NCBI RefSeq assembly: GCF_001194135.2
Contig: NC_068998.1
Location: 51,559,191-51,623,190, forward strand
DNA length: 64,000 bases
Source of the DNA: Octopus bimaculoides
Taxonomy: Eukaryota
Direction of reading: 5' to 3'
Part shown: positions 51,563 through 64,000 of the stretch, one piece after another
How the letters are laid out: every line of letters begins with the position of its first letter
Position numbering within the stretch: the stretch's first letter is position 1
The notes under the pieces: model-generated
The model's input: only the letters and a program-made list of their open reading frames with translations
Told to the model about the DNA's origin: nothing
Database searches by the model: none
Translations under genes and position numbers: made by a program

Positions 51563-52140
51563 GTGACCATATTTTTTTCTTTCTTTTTCTCTTTATTGAG
51601 GCAGAGCTTACACAGGATTATATTATCTAACATGTCCATCCTTTTTGTTTTTTAAAATAGAATTTGATTCAAATAGCTGCCATTTCTAGTAAGTCAAGCA
51701 ACAAAGCAGAGGTTTCTTATGTTGGACTATATAATCTAACATGTCCATCCCTTTCAAAACTATTAGAGTTTGATTTAAGGAAGATTTAGCTGTTATATCA
51801 TGAAAGTCAAACCATGAAATGAGGCTTCTTTGGTTGACAAGACTGAACTATTATGACATGGTTTTATGATCAGTCTTAATCACTGTGACATCCATAATCT
51901 TCTGACCCCCCTGTAGAGAGGATATATGACACTGGTTGACTCATTCTTCCTTCATTCTGATGGAGAAAACATGGCTCCACTCTTCACTCCCATTGTTTGG
52001 TTAAATGGTAGCTGCTGTTAGGAAGTTCACCCAGTTAATGAAGCAGAATAATAGCTTTTGCAGTAAAGACCATGTTAACATGGAATATTTGGAAGCAATA
52101 TAAAAAATTAAAAAATCAGAAGAATGAAGAATTACCATTA

Positions 52141-52179
<39 letters not shown>

Positions 52180-52516
52180 CGCATTCAGTTTTGGGAAATT
52201 AATAGATATGCGGTATTCTATTTCAGATAATAGAAAAAAAAAAACCTAATGAGTATATCTGAAAGTAAACTCATGGTATCCGTTTGCACATCATGAAATA
52301 ATACTTAAAGTACATAACCATTATACCAACAGGTTATTTTATATATATATATATCACAGGCTTCTTTCAGTTTCCGCCTACCAAATCCACTCACAAGGCT
52401 TTGGTCAACCCGAGACTATAGTAGAAGACACTTGCTGAAGATGCCACGCAGTGAGACTGAACCTGAAACATTGTGGTTGGGAAGCAAGCTTCTTACCACA
52501 CTACCTCTCCTGTGCC

Positions 52517-52561
<45 letters not shown>

Positions 52562-53139
52562 AGTTATTCACACTTATGCAAACAGTAGTTGATGTGTGTG
52601 TATGTGTAGCATAATAATAAAAATGACAAAAATGTGATAGCAAGACAAGAGCAAAATAATATTTAATGAAATGCTTGAACGTCTCTGTAAACAAGATGTG
52701 TTTCCTTAAAGACATTTAGCAAATATTCATTACATCTCTCCAGAATTGATGATTGCAACCCTGCAACTGTTAGATTTAAATAATATCAAATGTCAACATT
52801 CGTTTGCTTTCTTTTAAATGTAGATATTCTTTACCCAAACATTTCTCGCTATTCCATAGCATTCCCGAGTTACTCTCTTTGTCTCTCTATCAATCTTCTT
52901 CAATCTCTCTCTCTCTTCTTTCTTTCTTCCCTCTCTCTTCCTCTCCCTCTCCTTTCTCTCCTTCTCTCACTATCTGTCTATCTGAGTGTGTATGTGTATA
53001 CATATCCTTTTATTCTTTTACTTGTTTCAGTCATTTGACTGCAGCCATGCTGGAGCACCACCTGAGAGGGTTTTAGTCGAATAAATTGACCCCAGGACTT
53101 ATTTCTTAAATCTAGTCCTTATTCTATCAGTCTCATTTG

Positions 53140-53482
53140 CCAATGTCGGTTACGACAATGAGGGTTCCAGTTGATCATGAAATTAACGTGCAAGTGGCTG
53201 AGCACTCCACAGACATGTGTACCCTTAACGTAATTCTCGGGGATATTCAGCATGACACAGAGTGTGACAAGGCTGACCCTTTGAATTACAGGCACAACAG
53301 AAACAGGAATGTAAGAGTGAGAGAAAGTTGTGGTGAAAGAGTACAGCAGGGTTCGCCACCATCCCCTGCCGGAGCCTCGTGGAGCTCTAGGTGTTTTCAC
53401 TCAATAAACACTCACAACGCCCGGTCTGGGAATCAAAACCATGAATTGCTGCCCTAACCACTGGGCCATTGCACCTCCACAT
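53140..53482 (-). mobile_element. Long, well-preserved tRNA-derived SINE of a further family (G)
   Basis: Minus-strand head 'gtggaggtgcaatggcccagtggttagggcagc...gattcccagaccgggcg'; GC-richer body ending 'aactggaaccctcattgtcgtaaccgac'. Confidence 0.75.
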
Positions 53483-53489
53483 ATATATA

Positions 53490-53525
<36 letters not shown>

Positions 53526-55609
53526 TGTATGTATATGAGTGAAGAAAAGAAAAATAATAAGCACTCACTCAACCCATTTGATTGGAATTTAATCACATTT
53601 TTGTGTCACTGCCATATTACTTGAAGCTGGATGTAAAGCTGAGTTCAAACGTAATTAAATGTGTGTGTGTGTGGGGGGGGGGGTGTTACTGGACTGAGAA
53701 CATTTTCACCAAAACATCAATAATGGACTTATCAAGAAGAATCCTGAAAGTACCACAAAATATTTCATACAGAAACTTGTGTGTGTGTTTGCTTGTCTGT
53801 GTGCACATGTGTGTATGTATATATAAGTGTATATATATATATATATATATATGTCTATTTATATGTATGTGTATATAGGCAAATTCTTAACATTGATAGA
53901 AATTGATTTAGTACAAACATTGGCATAATATACCAAAGTACCGTTGGCTGGATGACTTGTACAACCTCGACAAGTCCAGACAAAGAACAAGTTGATGCAG
54001 GTCGTAAGGTTCAACATAGATTAAAGCAAAATATATCGTAGAACTGGAGAAAGCCTGATGTAGAAATAATTAATGAAGATATATTATTATATATAACGAA
54101 GGAAGCATTCTTGTGTACAGGCTTTCAGAAGTTCCTTAGTTTAAGCATTCAACTAGATAGAGATATTTTATTTTACATTATTGGTTTTCTGGCCTTGCTT
54201 GACCTTAGAGATTGGGAAAAAATTAACATAGCTTCTCTCGAGAATTGAACTATGTACCTTTTGTGTGCTGAATTATCCCTGTATTGATTACCAAAGAGAT
54301 TCTGAAATATCAGTTCATTTCTTTCAAATTATATTATTTAAATGGCAAATACGTAAACGCACAGGTGTGGCTGTTTGGTTAGTAGGCTTGCTTCCCAATT
54401 ATGTGGCATCTTGGGCAAATGTCTTCTTTGGTCCTGGATTTTCCAGGACCTTGTGAATGGATTTAGTAGATGGAAACTGAAAGATACCATCTTGCTCTCT
54501 CTTACCCTATTCACATACTGCTTTTCTATACACATACCAAGAAGAAACTTTATCTTTTGAACCAGTTGAAGACACACAAGATGTCGAAATATTGTTTCTT
54601 CTAATAATAATAATAATAATAATAATAACAATAATTATAATAACAACAACAATAATAATAATAACAACAGCAATAGTAATAACAGTAATAATGATTATAA
54701 CGATAATAATAATGATCCTTTCTACTAAAGGCACAAGGCTTGAAATTTTCAGGGAGGAGATTAGTCGATTACATCAACCCCAGTATTTCACTGGTACTTA
54801 ATTTATTGAGTCCGAAAGGATGAAAAGCAAATCCGAAAACGAAATAAATATAGATATATATTTATATGTGACAAGCTCCTTTCATTTCACTTCTACCCTA
54901 TCCACTCACAAGGTCAGAAGGTTTTGGTCGACCTGGGGCTGTAGGAGAAGACACCTAAGTTGCTACAATGGGAGACTGGACCCAGAAGCAGGCAGCTGAG
55001 AAGCAAACTTCTTACCACTCAGCCACACATATATATACACACACACACACACACATTCTTAAAATACTTCTCTTTAATAGCTATGTTCACCTTGGCAAAG
55101 GAGCCCCTAGTGGTTGCTTAAGCTGTAAGAAATAGCAACCAAATAACATCTCTCTCACAAATCACAATTTGTCAATTTGAAAAGGGGCCCTTCAGTAAAT
55201 TAGTTCTGAATTCCTGGCACATAATGGAAAGTTGAGTTGGTCATGGCTAGAATGTATTTAAACATAGATCTACTGGACATAGCTGAACTGAGACTAAACA
55301 ACAGCAGTAACCTATTTCATTCTTAGTGGCTTTCTTCCCTCACACCCAACAAAAGTATTAATCACTTTAATACTCTGTGCGTGCATGTGTGAGTATGCCA
55401 ATGTGTATTTGTAGTTATCTATATGAATGTGTATGTGTGTGCCAATGTCTCTATGTGTTTTATCTATACGGGTGTATGCAGCAGTATGGTCCTCCCTGAC
55501 CTGGCTCTCTCAATGGTTAGCCTTCTAGCTTTATTTCAATATCAGTCATTCTTCCTTAGTCATTCTTTTTTGTGTTCATTAATCACTTCTTTTTAGTCAT
55601 ACTGCTCCA

Positions 55610-55875
55610 TTCATCAATAATAATAATAATAATTAATTCGTTTTATTGGCCACAAGGGCTAATATCAATTAAAGACATATAAGGACAAAGACAGGACGAA
55701 GGTTAGAAAAGGTTTTGTCCGAAAAGGTAGGAAAGTTCGTCTAAACAGAGGAAGAAAATGGAGAAAGATATAATGAATAAATAGATAAATAAATAAGTAG
55801 AAACCCCCGAAGGGGGAGGCGCTTCGAAAAAGGAAAGGTTACACGTGGAAAAACCCATAAAACCACGGGAGCCTG
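55610..55875 (-). mobile_element. Probable LINE 3' UTR remnant with a (TTA)n tail
   Basis: Minus strand is pyrimidine-rich and ends 'agcccttgtggccaataaaacgaattaa(tta)n'; a CCCCC-GAA-GGGGG hairpin lies at 55804-55816. Confidence 0.5.
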
Positions 55876-57867
55876 GTCAGAAAAAAAATAAGAAAGGGGT
55901 ATAGAGCCCTTTCTCCTTTTACATTACCTTTTTTTTTTTCCTTATTATTATTATTATTATAATAATTGGTTTAGATTTTGGTACAAGGCCAGCCATTTTT
56001 GAAGGAGGTGGGGGCTAGTGGATCACATCGACCCCAGTTCTGCACTAGTACTTTATTTCACCAACCCTGAAAGGACAAAAGGTTATAATTGACTTCAAGG
56101 GAAATTGAATTCAGATTTGTAAAGAATTGGGAGAAATGTTGCCAAGCATTTCGCCTGATGTGCAAACAATTCTGCTAACTCACTCCCTTATAACAACAGC
56201 AATAACAACAACAATAATAATGGTTTCAAATTTTGGCACAAGGCCAGCAATTTCAGGGAAGTGAGAAAGTTGATTACATCGATCCCACTTCTCAGCTGGT
56301 TCTTAATCCCACAACCTCAAATGAACGAAAGGCAAAGTTAAGGACAGCATGTCTAGGGCTCACAGATGTGGGGGTAGAAATACAGGAGTGAGCAAGTGAG
56401 TGGCTGTTTGCTTATTTTAAATAGATAATGTAGTATGTTTCTTAGTTATAAATAAGAATTGCTGTGTAGAAACAATTCACCATTGTAAGCAGTGGCTGCA
56501 CTGTAAGATTGCCTAGTGTTTCATTAGCTTGCTGTGCTGAGTTCAATTTCTGCTGTGGTTACTACTTGGTAAAATTTAGGTTCCATCACTGAAGGTTCAC
56601 TACAAGAAGACCACAGTCTGTCAGATCAGTTTAATTATAATACATCATAGCTTGTACATCTTACCATTTTTTCTTATATTGTTCAAAAATATTGTCAATC
56701 AATTAAATTACTTAATGTTTATTTATAACCAAAGCCCATCAACGCAGTTCAGTATTTTGCCTTTTCTTCTCCTTTTTGCTCAAATAGTTTTATTTTTAAT
56801 TCATATAAAAATTTCATAATAATTTCCTGGATTTATGTTACAACTGATTTTTGTAAATAGATGCACTTGAAGCATTGCGTTTAGGAAGGTTTTCTATGCA
56901 ATCACATAGTTCTGGGTTCAATTCTACTGCACAGTACCTACCTTAAATGTCTTCTAACATAGCCTTCGTTTTACCAAATGTCCTGAGTCAAATTTGGTAG
57001 ACAGAACCTGTGTAGAAGCCCCTTAAATATCTATCTTTTTTTTCGCTTTTGCTCACTCCCATCCTCCACACACACACACACACACACACACTCACATACA
57101 TGTACGCACACAAACAGTGTTCATACATATATTTATATACACACACATACACAAATTTATTGAAATACTGTATTAACCAATGATTGATTACGTTTCAACA
57201 GTTAGCTTTGTCATCCATCAAACCATTGGAGGAAACAACAGTTGTAATGTAATCCATGGATAATCCAGCAATTTAATGCAGTTATTAGCTTGCACTTTTT
57301 GTTTTATTAACCCATGTAGCACGCATGCGCGTATACACACACACACACACACACAGATATTGTGTGCGTGTGTGTATATTTTTCTGTGATGTATATCTGT
57401 GAAAAGCATAAACAGGTTCAAAAACCAATAAATTGGAGCTTTTGTATGAAAATCATTTGCCCATGTTACGCAGACAATCCCTTGTCACTGTAACTATTCG
57501 GTTTCCTTGTTGACTTGTTTAAACCTCGTTTTTGTGTAATCTGAGAAGAAAAGTCAGTGTAGCAGTTGTCATTTTTGTACTGAATTTACTTCATCTTGGC
57601 TGCATGCATTTATGGGTTTGTGACAAAGAAGTTTCCTTCACAACCAAACAGTTTCAGTTATGGTACCGTATATGAGTTTCTTCTCCTATAGCATCATCAG
57701 GCTGATGGCCAATCATTCTGTGAATGAATCTGATTGATGAAAACTGTAGAGAAGCATCTTGTTTGTGTGGCTGTGTGTGTCTGTGTGTGTCTGTGTCTTC
57801 ACAACTAATATTGTTAACTATTTGTGTAAAATGATGCCATCATATGAAGTGGTGCTATTGCTTGTTG

Positions 57868-57957
57868 CAGTGATTCTCAAACTGTTCGCTACTAAGGACC
57901 CCTTTTATTTAAATTAGGGTTTTCCCATGAACCCCTTTTAATATGCTTATCCTTATG

Positions 57958-57996
<39 letters not shown>

Positions 57997-58076
57997 TTTT
58001 GAATTCAGTTCACAGATCCTCATTACTACCTTTGCAGACCACCAGGGGTTCATGGACCAAAGGTTGGGAACCACTG
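57868..58076. mobile_element. hAT-type MITE (same family as 32446) containing a (TG)n
   Basis: TIRs cagtgattctcaa / ttgggaaccactg; shares 'cccttttatttaaat' with the 32446 copy. Confidence 0.85.
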
Positions 58077-58917
58077 GTTTATTTTGAAATATTTAACTGT
58101 TCAGTGATTTCTTTGAAAATGGATGGATAGATGGAAGGATAGAAATGCAATTTGCTTGCTACTGTCATGAGTCTGGTTAAAGGCTGGTATTTTAGAAGTT
58201 TGAAATTATTTGAAACAAATCACAGAAATCAGAATTAAATTTGAAATGTATTCGCAATAAAAAAAAAAAACTCTATAGTCTCTTCAGTTTGAATTTATTT
58301 CTGTTCTTTCTATAAGAATTTCCATTATGTATTTCATTATTATTTTTTTATTAATTATTTTATTACTTTGTAACCAATTCCTTTCATTGTTTTATCAGTT
58401 TTATATGCTATTAACTTCTCAATTTCAAATTTTGTAAAAATATATTTGGCTTTTATAACTTTAGCCATTCATATTTATTCAATGATTTCAATTATAATTT
58501 CTCACTATAAGAACTCTATATTGCTTTTAGGTTATTCATTCTCTGAAAATGAAGGAAAGAAAATTCTATTGTCATTGTCACAATAAATTTTATTTCTGTC
58601 ATAACAAAATATAAAATACAATTGAAAATATTTCTCTAAAATTCAATTATGGTCATATTTATTTTCTTTTTTATTGATATATTCGTTAATATTTTACATT
58701 TATTTTCGTTATTTAAACATTACTTACAAATTATTACCATCATTGAGTTTTAATGGACATATAAGGATGAGTTAATTTTTTGCATTTTCTACTAAAAAAT
58801 ACTGTATCTGATGGTATATAAGACATACGTTTTTTTTACCCAAAAATAGAAAGAAAGGTCTCAAAAATATCTCTTTGGGTCCTATATGCAAAGTTGGGTC
58901 TATCTTACACGCTTTAA

Positions 58918-59132
58918 CCCTGTATCTGTCCTAACCTTTTTCAGTAAGTTTGTCTGAAACATCCAGACTTTAGTTTGCCCTTACTTCATACATTCTGTGT
59001 AATATAAAGCTTCCCTTTCATAACACCCAAGTCACTCTAAGGTTGAAAAAAACTGGGAGTGTGTATCATATACAATGCATGGGCACTAGGGAAACATGTG
59101 TATTACATATGATACACAGGACTGGCAAAGGG
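58918..59132. mobile_element. piggyBac-type MITE, 215 bp, second family
   Basis: gct-TTAA|ccctgtatctgtcct ... aggactggcaaaggg|TTAA-agc. Confidence 0.75.
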
Positions 59133-59401
59133 TTAAAGCACTTAAAACTTCTTTTCCTAAATATTAACTACTGAAAATGGGGTGTGCCTAATATGCCAGC
59201 ATGTCATCTATGCCATCAAATGTAGTAGTAAAGAATTTTTTCATGTCTTTGAATTTCTTCAACATTTTTTTTTTTTCATATCGAAATGTATCATCTTTTT
59301 GTCTAAATCAAATTTCTTTTTGTACAGAGAAAAAAAAAAAGAAAAGAAAAAAAAACATTAACATTACAATAATTGGTTTACATTCATAAATATATTTAAA
59401 T

Positions 59402-59411
59402 NNNNNNNNNN
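59402..59411. other. Assembly gap (10 N)
   Basis: N run. Confidence 1.
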
Positions 59412-60400
59412 TATATATATATATATATGTATTTATATATATTTCTTATTTGTTTTTTTTTTCTTCCTGTCTCCCTTCTCTTTCAACTGTCCCTACTCTT
59501 TCATACATATCTCCAGAGATAATAAGACTTTTTTTTGTCATAAATACTTCATGCAAGTGTATTGATAAATTTACTACGCATCATAACAAAGAGGTATATA
59601 AAATAATATACATACATATATATATATACATATACACCTTACAAAAAACAACTAAAAAAGAATATGGCATCTTGTTGAGAGTCACTGAGCAAGACAGACT
59701 TACTTTTGTGACTTTTATCACCAAAGGGTTTCTGTGTTGTTCTCAGTTACCTCTCTCCTCCCATCATATGTCTATTTAACACAGCAGTGGCATTTATTAA
59801 GCTTCACTTGTTAACGAACAGCATTCTTTTAGTCTTTTAAACTGATTTCAGTCATCGAACAACTACAACCACATTGTGGTACAACATTAAAGTGTTATTA
59901 TTTCTATTATTTTTTTTTTTTTGTCTTTTTTCTTAGTTAATTACATTTAATCTGCTGCTCATTTGAACAATTTTTTTTTTATTGATTGGTTTAAATTCAC
60001 CTGAGTTATGTCCCTTATTGGGTTATCTTCCTTTTTGGGACTTACTGCCCCGTATTTGCACTGATATACAAACTAGTTTCTGAATAATAACATAACAACT
60101 TCTTCTCCTCTCAAATCTATACCAGGACAATCAGCAAAACAAAGTAGTTAGTTTTAAAGATAGTTCAGATATGGCTGTGTGGTTAAGAAGCATGTGGCTT
60201 CAAGTTCAATCCTGCTGCATGGCACCTTGGGCAGTATTCTTAGTGTAGCTCAGAACCAGCCAAATCTTTAAGGTGGGTTTGATACACAGAAACTGAAAGA
60301 AGCCCATTCTTAAACATTTTTCCTTATTTTTCTTGTAATGTAATTGTGTAGAAGTGAATGTATTTGGACCATTACACTATGTATGTGTGTGTTTGTGTGC

Positions 60401-60469
<69 letters not shown>

Positions 60470-61119
60470 AAGTAAATCCAAAAAGACGAAGAGCAAACAC
60501 AAGAAAAAAACAAGGCGAGGACATGGTACATGTGTTGTATAAGCTGATGTTAGGGAAAGAAAGGTGGTTTTATATTCCGAGCTAAGCTCTTCTTCAGAAA
60601 CAGGAGATGGAGGAAAGTTCAAGCAAAAAGGAAGACGGAGAAAAAAAAATGCTGATTCACATGTGGTTACATTTTATATAAAATGTAATTGGTTTTATTG
60701 ATTAGTGAAACATTCATAATGAAATATCTGAAATACCAATAACTTGTTTTCTGTATTTTTGCTCATTTCAACTATTCATGGCTCTCGTTACAAGATTGTA
60801 GCCCAAGGTCGTATTGATGCTTCCCAGACTCCATCATGTGGGGAATGGGAGTTTAATATAGATGAAAACTGTGCCTTAATTCCTATAGTAACTTCTTATA
60901 CATTCGGTGTATTACTAAATGTGTACACACACACACACACACACACACACCCACATAAAGACATGTGATGATGATGGCAGTCCTTCATGTCTGAAGATCA
61001 TGAAGGAGAACAGCAAGCCCTTAAGTTGGGTGTGAACCGATCCTTGAACAACAAGCTCTGGCTCATTTGGGGAAAATATGTTAACTTTGCTCAGAATAGG
61101 GTCACAATGATTTTATCAA

Positions 61120-61592
61120 ATCTACCGAAAAAATTAAAAGCGAAATCGACCCCAGCAGAATTTGAACACCGAATCTGAAGATGGACAAAACACTATGAAG
61201 CATTTTGCCCAGTGTGCTAATGATTCTGCAACTCACCTCGTATATACATCATCATCATCATCATCATCAGTTAACGTCCGTTTTCCGTGCTAGCATGGGT
61301 TGGATGGTTTGACTGGAGCTGACCACCTGAGGAGCAATATAACAGCATTGGTTGTCAAGCGATGGTGGGGGGACAAACACGGACACACAAACACACACAC
61401 TCACACTCACACACACACACGCACATATATACAATGGGCTTCTTTCAGTTTCCATCTACCAAATCCACTCACAAGGCTTTGGTCTGCCCGAGGCTATAGT
61501 AGAAGAGATTTGCCCAAGGTGCTACACAGGACTGAACCCGAAACCATGTGGTTGGTTAGCAAGCTACTTATCACGCAGCCACTCCTGCACCG
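61120..61592 (-). mobile_element. Stack of SINE B (61120-61240), family C tail (61250-61325) and SINE A (61340-61592)
   Basis: Family hallmark sequences, all on the minus strand. Confidence 0.85.
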
Positions 61593-61629
61593 ATATATTT
61601 ATATATGTTAGGAAAATATTAGCAAAGTG

Positions 61630-61880
61630 NNNNNNNNNNNNNNNNNNNNNNNNNNNNNNNNNNNNNNNNNNNNNNNNNNNNNNNNNNNNNNNNNNNNNNN
61701 NNNNNNNNNNNNNNNNNNNNNNNNNNNNNNNNNNNNNNNNNNNNNNNNNNNNNNNNNNNNNNNNNNNNNNNNNNNNNNNNNNNNNNNNNNNNNNNNNNNN
61801 NNNNNNNNNNNNNNNNNNNNNNNNNNNNNNNNNNNNNNNNNNNNNNNNNNNNNNNNNNNNNNNNNNNNNNNNNNNNNNNN
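61630..61880. other. Assembly gap
   Basis: N run. Confidence 1.
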
Positions 61881-62611
61881 GGGCAAAAGTTCTATTTTCA
61901 CAAAAAGACAATTATATTTTTTTTATTTTTGCTTATATGTAAATTTGAAGCACACAATTTCTGTTTTCATATATATCACTTTCTAAATTTGTTTTGTGCA
62001 ATTAATTAATGTCTGATTTTTAAAAAAGCAGAAAACCAACTCTATATAGTAATGCAATTATATACAGATTTTATCTTTTTTTTTTTTTTTCCGCTGTGAA
62101 ACTGGATTGAAGAATTTGGCAACACGATACTGAACAATTTTACTTGATTCTTCAGTATTCTTTATCTTGTTACTTCTAATTCTATTATTCTATTACTGAC
62201 ACCAATCACATCTCCTTCCCTTCCTCCCCCTTGTCTCTCTTTTTCTCCCTCTTGTTTTGTCTCTCTCCCTCTCTTGTAATTATGCATTGTGAAATTGTAT
62301 TAACGAGATTATTATTTTGCGAAAAATTACTGCTTGTTTTTTGTTTTTCTGGAATCATAGGCTTAAACTATTTAAATAATTATAACAAAATAATTATAAC
62401 TGAATAAGAATTAAATTTTAAACAAATCTTTTCTATTTCTCTCTTCACATTCTGCATGTGTGCGTATGTGTGCGTGTGCGTGTGTGTCTGTGTGCGTGCA
62501 TATATTTATATATTCATTCACATATATATCTTAAAATGAAAATTTCAAAATAACTTCAGGCTACTGTCTATATTCCAACTTAGCTTCAAGAATGTCTTTT
62601 ATATGTCATCA

Positions 62612-62659
62612 TGATGATGATGATGATGATGATGATCATCATCATCATCATCATCATCA
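62612..62659. repeat. Perfect 48-bp palindrome (TGA)8-(TCA)8
   Basis: Centre gatc at 62634-62637, no spacer. Confidence 0.95.
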
Positions 62660-62995
62660 GTTTTCCTGAAAACTACATTTAACTTACATTATTTACATTT
62701 GATGGATATTTGTCCTCATCTTGTTTGTTGTTAACACAACGTTTCGGCTGATATACCCTCCAGCCTTCATCAGGTGTCTTGGGGAAATTTCAAACCTGGG
62801 TTCTCGTTCCTAAGGTATTTTTGGATGTTGTTGTTATTATTATTATACAGGTGTTTTGGTAAATTTTAGTGATGGCGGTGGCAGTGGTGGTCATGGTCGT
62901 GAGAGTTGTTGTGGTGGCAAGGATGGGGGCTGTGATAATGGTGATGGTGGTAATGATGATGATGGTGATGATGATGGTGGTGGCAGTGGTGGTGG

Positions 62996-63035
<40 letters not shown>

Positions 63036-63443
63036 ACCATCACGGCTAACAATAGCAAATTTTCAGAATTCTTTATTATTATTACTATATATTATTGCTG
63101 AATAACCTTTTTGCAGATTTGAAAGAGACAAAAAAGAAACTTGGAGATTTTATCAAAATAACCATGAAAATATAATCTTTAATTTTATGTATATCTTTTT
63201 TTTTTTTTTTTTCCTTTTTATATAAAATTATATATTTTGATAAATTATAAGGTGCAGAATATGAAATCATTTTCTATAGTTTTAGTCGGTATTATTTCTA
63301 TAACTGATCACATTATTTTACTTATATACACATGCACGCACATACATGAGCATAAATACATACACACACACACATACACATATATATATATATTCACAGA
63401 CACACTCACACACATATATATGATATATTCAGAAACACACATT

Positions 63444-63486
<43 letters not shown>

Positions 63487-63497
63487 CATTTTATATA

Positions 63498-63725
63498 TCA
63501 TCATCATCATCATCATCATTTAACATCCGTTTTCCATGCTGGCATGGGTTGGACGGTTTGATTGAGGGCTGGTGAGGCAGAAAGTTGCACCATGTTCCAA
63601 TCTGATCTGGCAAAGTTTCTACAGCTGGATACCCTTTGTAATGCCATCCAGTCTGAGAATGTAGTGGGTGCTTTTATGTGCCACCAGCACAAGGGCCAGT
63701 CAGGCGGTACTAGCATCAACCACGC
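63498..63725 (-). mobile_element. Family C RTE-tail element
   Basis: (CAT)n 'ttaacatccgttttccatgctggcatgggttggacgg...cagctggata...gtgggtgcttttatgtgccacc'. Confidence 0.9.
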
Positions 63726-63737
63726 TCTTATCCTAAC

Positions 63738-63978
63738 TCATGTCCATTGTCCGGAAATCTTTTGTCACAATTCTGTGACCTCTTCGGCAACACATTTCGT
63801 CTTCATGTGTGCTCTTGCTCTATTTATTTCATTCTGCTCCTCTATGATGTGTATCTTCTATGACATACAGCATAGAAGAGGAGTATGAAATAAGCAGAGC
63901 AGGAGCACACATGAAGAAAAACGTGTTGCTGAAGAGGTCACAAATGTGTGACGAAAGATTTCTGGACAATGGACTTGA
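63738..63978. repeat. Long inverted repeat (fold-back): ~118-bp arms, 6-nt loop
   Basis: Manual alignment of 63738-63855 against the reverse complement of 63862-63978 gives about 19 differences in 118 positions (~84% identity). Confidence 0.95.
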
Positions 63979-64000
63979 ACACGTGTATTTGTTTTGTGCG

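Overview
AT-rich, repeat-saturated eukaryotic DNA. From my recollection of the SINE families and (CA)n/(TA)n/(CAT)n/(TAA)n microsatellites, it is almost certainly octopus (coleoid cephalopod); the short-read-type N gaps fit an O. bimaculoides-style assembly. I cannot support any protein-coding gene here. The long ORFs in the supplied track are artefacts of microsatellites or N runs, and the only recognisable protein-like sequence is decayed RTE-clade LINE ORF2 C-termini (3 fragments) plus a mariner transposase tail inside a MITE. The window reads as the interior of a very large intron or an intergenic tract. It is filled with several tRNA-headed SINE families, an RTE-tail element ending in (GAT)n, piggyBac-, hAT- and mariner-type MITEs, minisatellites and old local duplications. 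The best second-look signals are: (1) a textbook polypyrimidine-CAG|GTAAGT recursive-splice-like site at 45167 with downstream RS-exon donors; (2) a 24-nt microexon candidate with upstream UGC motifs at 42924; (3) a ~118-bp-arm fold-back at 63738-63978; and (4) several other closely spaced inverted repeats that would give long dsRNA (ADAR substrates) if transcribed. None is proven from sequence alone, and I did not find a clearly novel multi-gene system. Coordinates were read by eye; repeat boundaries are approximate (about +/-20 bp).
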